A stretch of DNA of 64,000 bases from assembly GCA_028023455.1 (NCBI GenBank), contig JAQFVV010000005.1:20646001-20710000 (forward strand), read 5' to 3'. Both the position numbers and the translations under genes were made by a program. Position 1 is the first letter of the stretch. The number at the start of each line of letters is the position of its first letter. The stretch comes from Epiperipatus broadwayi. Lineage: Eukaryota > Animalia > Onychophora. Shown here one piece after another: positions 12,944 through 25,510 of this stretch. The notes under the pieces were generated by a model. That model was not told where the DNA came from and did not search any database. It saw nothing but the letters and a program-made list of their open reading frames with translations.

Positions 12944-15900
12944 TTAGACATCGAATAAAATCCAGGTGTCTTTATGTCGGTTTGGTGAGGCCATGACTTT
13001 GTCTCTTTTCTTTAGTTTCTTGATTGTGTTTAGAAAGAATTTTGTCACATTTTGTTGAGGGAAGTGGAAGATTTTGTGGCATCTCGTCAGCCATAAGGCC
13101 ATTGTGAGGAAAAGTGACAGTCTTACAATGGAAAAATTTTGGTTTGGATACTACTCTTCAGGGATGTAATTGTGTAGTAATCAATTTTTGTCCTTTCATA
13201 AATGATTTTTTTTATGTGTTTAGGCCTGTGCATGTTCTAATTAAATGGGTAAAGGTTTCCTCATCTTTTCCGCATAGTTGACATATGGGATTTAGTTTTG
13301 TGATCCCTCTTCTGTAATTCAGGAAGCAATTCATAGGCATGGAATCCATGTTTATTTTGATAGCAAGGTCAAAGTATTTCGGTTCCATGTCCCAGAATTT
13401 GAAGAGACTTGCTATCTTTTGATTTGTGATTGATAGTGATTCTTCTATTGGTGGTAAGCTCGGGAAAATGAGGGAGTAGGCATCCCAGATTTTTAATTTG
13501 TTTATGAATGCTTGCTTGGATAATTTTAGATGTTTTTTAAGGTTATTAATAATTGTGTCTAACCAATTAATTTTAAGAGGTGGTGGATGATCTGTAGGTG
13601 GAACTGGGTTTAGAATGACATCGTATGAAGTTTTACTTATCAGTTGACTTAGAAGGCTATGAGTCTTTTGGATTTCATAGGCTTTTATGGAATGCAAAGA
13701 CATTCCATTTAGTTTTCTTGGATGTTGCATTATTTTTATGCTGAGGGAGGCTTTCTTATTTTTCTAGAATAGTCTGGCTGCTAATGTGTTAATGTTGTTG
13801 ATGAAGGCTTTGGTTAGTTTAATGATGGGACTGTAGTAGTCAATTTTAGACATAATTTTCATATTTAGGAGAGCTACCCGTCCTTGAAGGGATAGGTAGA
13901 CTGTTGCAAGTTTTTTAGTTAAAATATCCATTGAGTTGATGATGGAGTGGTGTATTTCTCTGGACATTTGGGTTGCGGATTTTGAAATTGCAAACCCAAG
14001 AAAGTTTTGTGGTTGAGCGGGGTATTTAGAATGGATTTTTATACCTGAGTAAATTTTCCATGTGGCTGATTTTAGATTGTTTATTTCAAGACCTGAGGCT
14101 TGGTGGAACTGGTCTAGAATATTATATAGTTTTGGGAGCAGTTTTGAGAAAGGAAGGAAGGTAAGAATATCATCCATGTATACAACGGTGTTGATGATTT
14201 TGTGTAGTCTGTGGCAGTAGATTCCTGGAAGTGCAAGGTCAATTTTCTTTAGGAGAGGGTCTATATATACCATGAATAATAGGGCACTGAGGGGGAATCC
14301 TTGGGGGATGGAAAGATCCGGTTTAAATGGCTGGGATAGTTTCCCATTTAGTGAAATGGAAATTTCTCTATTGTTTAGAAGGTTTTGTATTATATTTATT
14401 ATGGGTGCTGGAATGTCCAAGTCTTCAAGAACGTCCATTAATGTATTTATTCAAACCAAGTCGAATGCTGAGCTGATGTCTAGCTGTACAGCAATTGGTT
14501 TAGACTTTCTTGATAATCTGTTTTCGTCTATCAGGGTTCGGACTATGTTTATAGCTACCATTGCAGAGGACCCTTTTCGAGCAAATTGGGATGCTGTGGT
14601 TTGTGATAGAATTTTTTCTTGTACGTTGTCCTTTATTATGGATTCCATCACTTTGATCAGCAATGGAGTCATTGATATTGGTCTGATGTTTAAAAGGTCA
14701 TCAGTCTCATTATGTTTTTTTTTAAATGGGACCAGTCCTATGGGGCATAGGTTAGGGATAACTCTTCTGCACTCTGCTAGATGGTTGAGCATGTTCTTAC
14801 TTATAGTGACTGAGAATTGGCTAAGGTGGTCCAGTAGAAATTTAGGTATTCCATGAATTCCTGGATGGGTGTTATCAAGCATGGAATTAAGCTTTGCTAA
14901 AATCATTGCTTCTGTAATGTTGTGTTCCGAGTGAGTGCTAAACTCTCTTTCGTTGCTTTGCAAGTATTGTATTGGATCTTGCAGCTTTTGTTGGAAATTT
15001 TTTTTTATTTTTTCAATCATTGGTGATCCCAAGATGAGACATCTGTATTGATTTGAGAGGGGATGAGTTGTTTTTTTTGAGCCCCCATTGCCCATCTTAG
15101 ATAGCCCCATGTCCAGAAGTGCTGGCCTTTTAGGAATATTTTAGATCTTTTTATTGCTATATATGCTGCAATCTGCTTTTGCTTTATTTTGTATTGTTTC
15201 TTTAGATTCATTAAGGTTTGAACATCATTTAAGTCAATATTGTGTGCTTTTATTTGTTTACTGAGAGAGTCCAGTTCATTCATAAGTGTAATTGGACCTT
15301 TTCTTTTCCTTGTATGGTAAACTATGAGAGATTGTAGAATTCCTATCAGTGCAAACCATGCTTGTTCAGCTGGTCTGTCTAAAATTTTTATTTTTTTAAA
15401 GTAAATATAGGCCTCTGATAGTATTGCTTCTGTAATTGTTTCTTTGGTGATCATCCTTACTGTTTTTTTGTGTAGGGTGTTTAGACCATCTGCTATATCT
15501 ATTTTTATGATTAGCATACAATGGTCTATAAAAGGGACTGGTTCTAGTTCTGCATCTATTTGGAAATGTATTTGTGGTGAGTATATTAATAAGTCAATTA
15601 ATGATTTATGATTATTGTTGTAGAATGAGAAGGAGTTAGGTGGGGAAAAACCCTCTCCACTCATCATTGCGGTATTTATGAGATGGATAAATTTGTTGTT
15701 AAATTGTTTGTAACTGATGTTGAAGTCTCCTAAAATTATTGTGTGGACATTTTTGTTTGACATGATCATGTTTATGATGTTTATTATTCTTAGAAGCTTG
15801 GCTGTGTTTTTGATTGTATACACAGATCAAATTTAGTTGAACATCTTTTTGATACACTATGTTTAGAGTCATAATATTTTTGTCCATGTATAAGATTCTA

Positions 15901-16151
15901 AATCTAGATGGTGGTAGATTTTTGTTGATTATTACTCCCACTCCTTCAGCTGCAGCATAGTTTGTGGAGAGTTCAACAAATCCTAAATGGTCTAACTTTT
16001 GTTTGATTTTGGTATCAGAGTTGTTATGATATTTCATCTCACCGAAACAAAGAATGTGAGGGTTGTTAAGTTGGAACCAGTGTTCTATGGCACATACTCT
16101 TGCCATGGAATTAATCCCTCTTATGTTTATTCCAGCTATCTTCACTTTCAT
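12944..16151 (-). pseudogene. ORF2: apurinic endonuclease, reverse transcriptase and C-terminal zinc finger (frameshifted)
   Basis: Motifs GINIRG, LCFGEMK, LGDFN, IDLL, IDHC (APE); RPISM, QLDISSAFD, PQGFPLS, YMDD, SGLEINNLKS (RT); CQLCGKDEETFTHLIRTC. Split over several ORF-track pieces; a shifted frame continues to TAA at 12944-12946. Confidence 0.9.
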
Positions 16152-16200
16152 TAATGTGATTATCTTTCAAGGAATGCACTACCACATGCTTATTATTTGG

Positions 16201-19137
16201 CTAATCTTGTGAATTGCTTTTTATCTGTGTATGATTGGTTTTATTAGGAAGATTGTTACCAATAGTGATTTCAGTGTTTGGGACATCTGAATCCCTGCTG
16301 GCAAGAAATGAATGTGTTTGTATTAAGCTGTCTAGAGAATCCTCATTCATTGTCCATAGGTCTTGGTTATGTTCTTCTTTTGTGTATTCTGTTTTATCAT
16401 TTAAGGAGTTATATTTATCAGATTTTGTTTTATGTTTCTTGGGATTATGGCAGGATTCTACATTATAATGCTTGGCATCCTCAGTTGTTATCCTATTTTT
16501 TTTCCTGATATGTTGTCTTCTTCAGAACTTGTTCTGTCTGCTCTAATGGATTTTCTTTTTTTTTTATTTGCTAGATTAATGGAAAGGTCCATTTCTGATT
16601 CATTTTCTGTGACATAGTTATATTTTGTTTCATCTTCTTTTTTGTGAAGTATTGTGCTTGTTAGTTTAGCAATTTTTTGTGGTATTTTGGTTCAACTTTT
16701 TGGTTGGAAAGGTAGTTGTATCTAAACCTAATCTTCTTGATTTTTTTTAATTTTTGTGAGTTTGGAATAGTGGTTTTCTGAGATTGTGGATTTTTGTGGG
16801 GTCGTTTTTTTTTGTCTTGAGATGAAGATGAATCTGTCTCCGAATCTGATGACACATCTGTATCTTTCAATTTGATATTTGCTGTTTTCTTTTTTTGAGT
16901 ATCTTGTTGATTGTCTGCATGTGCAATAGGTGATTGATGTTTTGAGTAACTTTCATTTTTTTGCTGTTTTGGGGAAGTTCTCTAAGTAGCATATGTTGCT
17001 AGATGGAGTGTTGGGTTTTGGAAGTTTTCTGTGTTGCTTTTTTCTTCTTCTAGTGTTGAGAACAGTGATAGTATGTCATCTTGGTTTGGAATTGGAAGCT
17101 CTGGAGATTCTTCCATTTGTATCTGTTTGATGTTTTTTATACATTTGTGATATTGGCTTTTCTTTCCTCCACAGATTGAACAGATTCTCGCTATACAATC
17201 TTTTATTAAGTGGGTTCTCTGATGGCAGAAGAAACCTTGAGGTCTTACACCTTTGAAAGATAGAATCATTGGGGAGCCTTTGTAATGAACCTTTGTTGGA
17301 ATTTCAGTTGGATTGAAGTCTTTTTTAAGCTGTATTTCAAGTGTGGCATCGTTGGATAAGATGTTGCTACCTGCATCTTCTTGTGGAAGGTATTTAAACT
17401 TGAGAATTTTTCCAAATTGATTTAAAATTTCTTAAAGGTTATCTTCATTAAAGTTCATTATGCATTTTTTTGATTGTTTCTGTTAATGAGATAGGTCTGT
17501 ATAAATCTATATAGCATATAAATTGGTTTGCTATAGTTTGAAAGCTGTTTTTAAATGTGTTTTTATTTGCCCAGTTTTTAAATTCAATCGCTATGTAGCG
17601 ATCGTTTGGGTGCGTTAGTATTCTGTGGATTCCTCCTCCTATATCTCACTCTTTTATTAGATCAAATAATTGTTTCATAGAAAATTTAAATAGAGAACAG
17701 TTTGAATCAGTCGTGGCTAGAATTAGATTTCTGTCACTATTAAAGTTTAGTAGCGATCGGTATAGTTTTGTTGGGATGTTTGTGAGAATAGAATATTAAG
17801 TTGTTTGTATTGATCTTGGTTATAATTTTCTGTTGTAAAGTATGGATTATTTCGTTTATCTATAGATAGTTCATTCTCTTGGAAGGTTTCTGTTTCTATA
17901 ATTTCTAGTAACGAAAGGTTTGAATTTTGCATGGATTGTTTATCGGCGTATTGTGATGTTATGCTTACTTTTGCTATGTTTGCATATGTTTTATTATTAT
18001 TTAATTGTGATAGAGATTCTGTGTTTTGTTGCATTCTTACTGGGTTAAATTTCCCAGAATAATCTTTCATATTTGTATTTTCACTTTTTGAATTAGTTAT
18101 TTTTGCATCAATGATGGAATATTCTGTATTTTCTCTGTTTCCATTTTGCGTCTCTAGCGGGTTAATATTTTTTTTAAACGTTGTCAAGTCATTTTGTTTA
18201 TTTGAATCGGGTTGCATACCTTGAGAATTACTTTGAATATTTGGATGGGAATTGATATTAATAAAGTTTGAGGACTGCTGAATCTGTTTCTTTATTTGTT
18301 TTTGGTTTAATTGGACCTCGGAGTCAATTCTGGGAGCGGGAAGGTCATTGCTAGAATTGCTTCGCTCTAACGGATTGGTTTTTTTTTTAAAAAATTTGTG
18401 GAGTTATTATGATTATTTAAATTGGACTGCATATCTTGATAAATATTTTGAATTTCTGCATGCAAATTTGTGGTAATAGTGTTTGAGTTGTGCTGCATTT
18501 GTTTCTCTCTTTTAGATTTGATTTGTCTTGGGAGTCCATTATGGGAGTGAGAACTTCGCTAGATTTACTTCTCTCTAATGGTTTTAATTTTTTTTTGAAT
18601 AGTGCTGATTTATTTTGTTTATTGGAATCGGGCTGCATATCTTTATAATTACTTTGAACTTTGAAATTAGATTTGGTGGTAATATTGTTTGAGGAGTGCT
18701 GAATTTGTTGGTTATTAACGTTAACGTATGGGCCAACATTATTAGTTGGACTTTGACTAATGTTGTTAACATTTTCATTTATTAAATGTTGATCTGAATT
18801 ATTAATTGCTTTTGGGTTTAGTAATTTCATATCGAGATCGTAGTTTGGATTATTGATATTCTATTTTTTACTTTTTAGGGTTTTTTTAGTCCCCTGTGAA
18901 AGGTTTCCTATCTCAAGCTTTGGAACGTTAGGTTGCAATACGTGCTTATTTTCCATGCTAACCTTTTTTTTAATTTTAAGGAATTCAGCTTTATTTCTCA
19001 ATTCCATAGTAGTAATAGAGGTAAAAAACACCTCTTTTGTTTTTCACCTTTTCTCTCTGCTGATTGTAATTTAAAACACTAATATAAATACTTTTTGTAG
19101 AGAACAAATACAAGTCTTGTGAAATATTCACTGCCAT
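16201..19137 (-). pseudogene. ORF1 (~980 codons if frameshifts are repaired): N/Q/S-rich repeats, RRM-like region, zinc knuckles and charged tail
   Basis: ATG 11 nt inside the element end. FCHQRTHLIKDC and CSICGG..H knuckles; NEDNL..ILNQFGKILKFKYL RRM-like stretch at ~17450-17270; ~210-bp tandem repeats at 18090-18720. Confidence 0.7.
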
Positions 19138-19148
19138 AGGTGGTGCTC

Positions 19149-19639
19149 TAACATTTTCTTTTCTTGTAATTTTTAACATGCTTTATTACCTAAATATTTT
19201 TTCACAATTTATTTTATGTCCAGTATATACAAATATGTGTATATGACCCTGATCTTATATCCTTTCTGTGAATTGCCTTATGATGCTCCTTGCCTCTTTC
19301 CATGCCATTCTTTCCTGTCTGATATAAAGTCATAACTAATTTTATAAATCAATGTTACCCTATTTTTAATATTACCCATCTTTCCACTTCCCTAAATATT
19401 TACTACTTTTTCATCCTATCTTAATATCATTAGGTAACTTTTCTTCTATTAATGTCTTATATTAATGCTCTGAATATAGAACCAAATTCCACTTCCTATT
19501 TGTATACCTATGTCTTACACTATGAATAATAAAAACATAGTGTAAGACATGGGTATACAAATAGGAAGTGGGTTTCAGTTCCATATTCAGAGGATTTATA
19601 TAAGACATTGATAAAAGAAAAGATACCTTGTAATATTAA
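19149..19639 (-). mobile_element. PLE family 2, copy A, 5' part (linker and GIY-YIG) with inverted 5' duplication
   Basis: Reverse complement of 19149-19430 matches 20370-20670. 19421-19524 and 19536-19639 are inverted arms. Confidence 0.8.
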
Positions 19640-20364
19640 CCTTTCCATTGATACAAATTCCTATTGGCCAAGTGTATTAAAGTTCTAAACTTTTGATTGG
19701 TCAATTAAAGAATCAGCATTAATGATATATTCATCTTTTAATATTATATTAATTCTAGTTTCATTTGTAAAAAGCAAATTAATAATTTGTCAGATTATGA
19801 AAATGAATGAAAGTTTTTTCAAAAATAAATTTCTATTTATAATTATAAAAATAACCTATAGTGAAAAACATAAAATGAACATTTCATAACCTATTAGAAA
19901 ATGCAGCCTACATCATTGATTTCTTTCTCAATTTACATTCACATAAAAATAAAGAATTTTTACTAAAATTTTAACTATTCTTCTAAAATAATTATATTTT
20001 CAGCATATTTTATCAAAATAATTTATAATATGTAAAAAAATATGAAAAAAATACTCTAAAATACAAATTTTTGTTTTGAAAATCAAAACAAAGAACTTAG
20101 ACACGTCAAAATTGTTGACAAGTGCTCCCTTTTGTTGAAAATAAGTAACAACCAATCAGTGCCTTGGAAAAGCCACCTTCTCCCATTGTTATAGCTTTAA
20201 ATATTATTGAGTTTTTACTTGTAAAATAATTCTAGAGATGACAGCATCTTATGGTATGTTTTTAGCTTTAAAATGACTGTAAATTCACTACAATAATGTA
20301 AAAATTGCTGGTTTTAGAGTAACTTGAAGCTATGAATGAAAATTGTCATGTGGAGCACTTGTTG

Positions 20365-21520
20365 GGTTAAGATAGGATGGAAAAATAGTAAATCTTTAAG
20401 GAGATATACATGTAACTCAAAAAAGATAGGTAATATTAAAAATTGGGTGGGGTTGGTTTATAAAATTAGATGTGACCTTTGCAATATGATATATATAGGT
20501 CAGACAGGAAAGACTGTCATGGAAAAAAGTAAGGAGCATGATAGGGCAATTAACAGAAAGAATATAATATCAGGACCATGTATACATTTTTAGGATTCTG
20601 GACATAAAATGAATTGAGAAAAAAATATTAAGGAAATAAAGTATGTTAAAAATTACACAGAAAGAAAATGTGAAACTTTGTATATTCAAGAAAATTTAAA
20701 CAAATGTGTAAACATGATTAAAGGTCCAGCACAATTAAGGGGGAAGTGGATATTGTTAGCGTATTGGAAACTTTAGTTATAATTTTAAAAATAAAAGAAA
20801 GAGATTATTATTATTATTGTTTTTTTATAATTATTTGTATATATATATATATATAGCCGACAAGATAAACGAACAGACCAAAAAGCAGAGAAAATACAAC
20901 GTTTTAAATGCATTTGTCAGAAAAAGAGCCAAAAAAGAAACTAAAAAAAAAAAGCAAGAGCATCGTAAGAAACAAGAGGAAAATTCATAACAGGCCACAA
21001 ATGCCACGAGGGCACACAAAAAGAAAAAACCTTAAGAAGGAAGGCGGGTAGCGACAACAAAGAAAGTTAGAGACAAGGGCGGGCCCGAGTGATTGTGGCT
21101 GGCAAAAAGAAGCAGAAGTTTGTTACAGCCACGACAAAAGAGGAGGGACAGGAGGAAAAATTATTGTGCATCACTTCTTAAAAGAAGGGCGCCCACACAA
21201 AAAAATAGATTTTTTTGGGCGGCAAATGTGTCGGCAAAGAGGTAGAGGAGGGGGAAATTTACGGTTACAATATAAAATAGGGGAAAAGAGCTGTCATAAG
21301 TTTAATAATTTTAAGTACATTTATGTATTTATTAATTATATTTAATATATATATATTAATAATTATATTTATTATAATGTAACATAAATAATGTCCATTG
21401 GAGGGTGTTGCTAAACATCTTGAAAACATTCCATTAAGGAATAAAAGCTGGATAATTTTTTTATTGTTAGTGAGTTGTCTATTTCAATTTTGTTTTACAT
21501 TAATTATTTTTAAAATATAT
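20365..21520 (+). mobile_element. PLE family 2, copy B (GIY-YIG endonuclease region, 3' UTR and HHR)
   Basis: GLVYKIRCDLCNMIYIGQTG...KEH GIY-YIG motif. HHR-like atc-TTGAAAA-c-attcc-attaa-ggaat-AAAA-gc-T-G-gat at 21417-21453. Confidence 0.85.
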
Positions 21521-23228
21521 AAATATATATATAAGCAATATATATATTAGAAGATAAAACAAATAAATATACAAAAATAAAATATAAAAATACATTAAAA
21601 TAAGATTATTATGTATTTATATATAAATAAAAATAACATAATTTCTCAAGTTACTTGGTGAGGCAAAAAATATGATTGGAAAGTATGCCAGCACTGGTTA
21701 GCCAGTCAGACATGGGACCGACTGGAGATCTGAAGATCAAAACACTTAGGTACTTATCGTACTGTCATGGCAAAATTAACTGACTGGACATAATGACTCC
21801 TATGCAGAGTCTAAAAGTTGTCACATTAATATAATCCAGTCCTTTCCATTTAATTGTTATTTATTGTTAAAACTCTGAATTTGGTGGTCAACTAATTGAC
21901 CCAAATAATTCCTAAGTAGCTTATTTTTATGTAATTTTTTTTTACCATTAGTTTTCTTATTTATTCTTTCCATTGTAGAGCCACTGCACATTGTAAGCAT
22001 GTAACATATAATAAGAAAGATGTTAAATGATATTCATATGTATCTTCTTAAGGTGTGAATAAAGTTGTTATTTGAAACAAAAATAACATAATTACATTTT
22101 ACAGTTTTAAAGACTACTGGATAGTAAAATTGTCAGGAAACAAACATCTTCATATTGATATCAAAAGTAAGATGAAGTTTGTTAGAACCTTTTTTGGAGT
22201 ATAGGTCACATAGAGGTGAGACTTAGCCTATGGGAATATAAAAAAATGAGATTAAAAGTGAAAAAAATGTTGTTCTGGTGAAGATTGACTTGGATAAGAA
22301 GGATGTAAAAGTAAGTCCAATGATCAGCTATTAAAAAAAATCAGCATGGAGAGAGATTTTGGAAAAAGTTAGATGGATAGTCGAGAACATTTTATCTTAA
22401 AAATGTGATTAATAAAATTAGATATAGTTTATAATCAAGTGTCAAACAAATGATTGGGAATACAATAACATGGCTTCAATGATAAAGGACTGCCTTGAAA
22501 AACTGATGGCTAAATGAAAAATATATTTATGATACTTATGACACATTTTATTCTAATAAATCTTTCAATCTTTTTACTGAAACAACCATTCAAAATAAGA
22601 GATCACTTAAATACTAACAAAAAATTACCACAAAGAAAGATCCAATTTGAAATGAAATTAATGCATCACAACATTTTCATATTCTTATAGAAAGAAAAAT
22701 TCTGAAGCAGATAGTTATTTTAAAAAAAATCCATCATAATAAATGAATGTTTTATTACTAGGGAGGTAATAAGAAGTTTGAACACTAGATGTGACAGATT
22801 ATGATTCATGGATTTGATGAGCACCAGAGTTTCCACAACTGCACTAAACCATGCAACAAAGAACTACATATAAAACAAAGCATTGCAATTACTTGCTATC
22901 AAACAATATGTTATGTCACAACTTCATTACAATTACATAAAAACAATCACACCACAAGACTATCTTACCATATGCTTTGAAGACCAATTAGTTCTCTTCA
23001 AGCTACTCCAGAGTTAATGATATGCAAATGGTGATAATATTATATTCACAATTCCAAACCTTTTTCTTAAGACCTCTTAGATATGATATAATAGCAAATC
23101 CATTTACTGTTTACTGTTTATTCAAGCTAACGATAGATGGCTCTGGAAAAAGAAGTAAAGAACTGCTCTTGAAACCAATATATAAAGTCTGTATAATATT
23201 CAAAGTTTATTAAAGTTTCTGAAATCAT

Positions 23229-23247
23229 CCGGAAGTGGTTGTGCGCA
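23229..23247 (+). promoter_or_regulatory. ETS/GABP-type motif (CCGGAAGTG) next to TGCGCA
   Basis: Exact motif match with two CpGs in a CpG-poor background. No transcript evidence. Confidence 0.25.
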
Positions 23248-24144
23248 ATGACATTAATGTGGTTCTTTACTCATTATTTCAGTATCTAATATTTTAAGTA
23301 TTCCATACGAATTGCTAATGTAAGTACAATATTTTACATGACAGAAACAATTTTCTTTTCTACATTACAGAACCATCTACTATAAACTTAGGCAGTTAAT
23401 AAATATTATTTGATAGTTACTATATGCAAATCTGGTACTATTTCATCAACATCTTCAAACTAATTTATAATTTATGACCTTTTTATGTATGCCACTCAAC
23501 TCTTGCCAAAAATTCTTTACTTACGATTTACATTTTTAAAGCCTTTTATTACATTATTAGACAGCTAAAGAATCTCTAAATTAATAAAGCATATAACTAT
23601 CTTTCCGGTGAGATTACAGTCATACATACTATGTTGTGATTAGATATATATGTTCCTTTAAAACTAATCTGCTGTAGGTAAGATGTATTCTATTAATAAA
23701 ACAATTTATAGAAGCTTCTCTGACATCCTGAACAGGTAGCATTTTAAGAAACACTCCAAGATCACAATAATGCTGAAGACTTCTTATTGAAAACCTTTTT
23801 AAAGGCAGGAGGAGTTCTTCTAATAGGCTTTTAAAGCTATATAATAAAGAGCTTATACAGGAAAAGAACTTTAGCTTACGAAATTGAAAAGATCTCGGAT
23901 TTCTCAAATCATTTCGAATTAAAAAGAAAACTAAGAACAAAATGGTAGAAGGCCTAATAGATCAATTCAAAAAAATTTCAGATCTTAGGCAGGGAGCAGT
24001 TAACCCGTCTTCCATTTTTATTCCGAATCATTATATAAAATGAAAAATCATTTTAGTTTTAAATGAACAAATAAAATAAAAGACAGACATAGTCACATAA
24101 TGAAAATATTTAAAAATAGAATTTTAGATTTATATAAAAGGATA

Positions 24145-24258
24145 TTTTTTTTTTCATTTGTCATAGCATCGGCCGGGACGCGAACCCACAACCGTCTGCA
24201 ACCAACTTCTTGCTTGCAAGGCAGCTGCGATGACATCTCGGCTAACAACGCTTCACAA
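24145..24258 (-). mobile_element. tRNA-derived short SINE, copy 1
   Basis: A-box TAGCCGAGATG, B-box GGGTTCGCGTCCC, 3' gctatgacaaatg plus A-run. Homologous to 27028-27125 and 54759-54865. Confidence 0.85.
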
Positions 24259-24540
24259 AAATAATAAAGTTGTTTTATTATACATGCATTAATGTACAAA
24301 AATTAGATAACTTGAAGTGATGGGGGATATATATATAATTTATGAAATTGATTCGCACCCTCTTCTACATTTTTGTACCTGATAAATCAGCGCAGTGGTG
24401 TTGGAACGATTGATTAATTAATTACAAAAAAACTTGAATCATTAAATCAAGTTTTCTGTAGAATGTCAGAATTTATAAACATCTACAAAACAAAACCTAC
24501 TTCAAAAAGATATGAAGCTATACATACAATATATTGTTGG

Positions 24541-25510
24541 ATTCATCATCATCATTATTAATCACTGCAGGATGAAGGTCTCTCCAAGTTTAATCCATCT
24601 TCTTCGATCTTTAGCTTCTCTTCTCCATATCACCCCTGCACACTTTATTATTTCATCCATCCATCTCACATGTGGTCTCTTTCTGGGTCTTTTACAATCT
24701 CTTGGAATCCAGTTTAAAATTTCAATTGTCCATCTATTATCATCTCTTCTAGCAATATGTCCAGCCCAACTCCACTTCAATCTTTTAATTTTTTCAATGA
24801 GGTCAGTAACACCTGTTTGTTCTCTTACCCATACATTGCGTTTTCGATCTCTTCTTGTTACTCCCAACATACATCTCTCCATACTTCTTTGAGTGGTATG
24901 AAGTCTCTGTATTGCTCTTCTATTGAGTGTCCAAGTCTCAGATCCATAAGTAAGAACTGGTAAAACACATTTGTTAAAAACCTTCCTTTTCAAACACATA
25001 GGCATATTTCCTTTTAGTATCAAGTTATTTCTACCAAAAGCACTCCAATCAAGTTTAATTCTATGATTAATTTCCTCCATTATGTTTCCATCTGTATCAA
25101 TAATCTGACCAAGGTATTTGTAACTGTTAACTTTTTCTAATTCATCATAATCAATATTTATTTTCATATTTTGAGCAAATTGATTAAACATTACTTTAGT
25201 CTTTTTAACATTTATCTTTAGTCCTACTTTCCTACTTTCATCTGATAACTCCTGCAACATTTCCTGCAGCTCTGAAGCATTATTTGAAAAAACAACTACA
25301 TCATCTGCAAAATCTAAATGACTTAAATAGTCTCCATTTACTTTCACTCCTTTAGTTTCCCATTTTAATCCACAAAATACTTCTTGCAGCACTGCTGTAA
25401 AAAGTTTTGAAGATATGGAGTCACCTTGTCTTACACCTTTCTCAATGTTGACTTTCCCAGTATCATTATGTAATCTAATTGTTGCTGTTGCATTTTTATA
25501 AATATATATT
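24541..25510 (-). mobile_element. RTE-clade LINE, 5'-truncated (RT C-terminal half)
   Basis: GVRQGD, HLDFADD, GLKINVKKTK, YKYLGQ, VLTYGSETW, LKWSWAGHIARR. Ends in a (GAT/AAT)n tail. Confidence 0.95.

Larger units (their letters stand above)
12750..19148 (-). mobile_element. Near full-length L1/Tx1-like non-LTR retrotransposon (decayed)
   Basis: Flanked by the 17-bp direct repeat TAACATTTTCTTTTCTT (12733-12749 and 19149-19165). Contains ORF1 with zinc knuckles and ORF2 with APE, RT and a C-terminal CCHC motif. Confidence 0.93.

Noticed and set aside
14272-14856. 194-aa plus-strand ORF (also 43791-44123 and 24512-24892)
   Set aside because: Antisense shadows of retroelement RT genes with no independent motifs.
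22150-22420. Possible LINE RT remnant (VVLVKIDLDK); possible endonuclease remnant at 25650-26080
   Set aside because: Similarity is too weak and fragmentary to call by eye.
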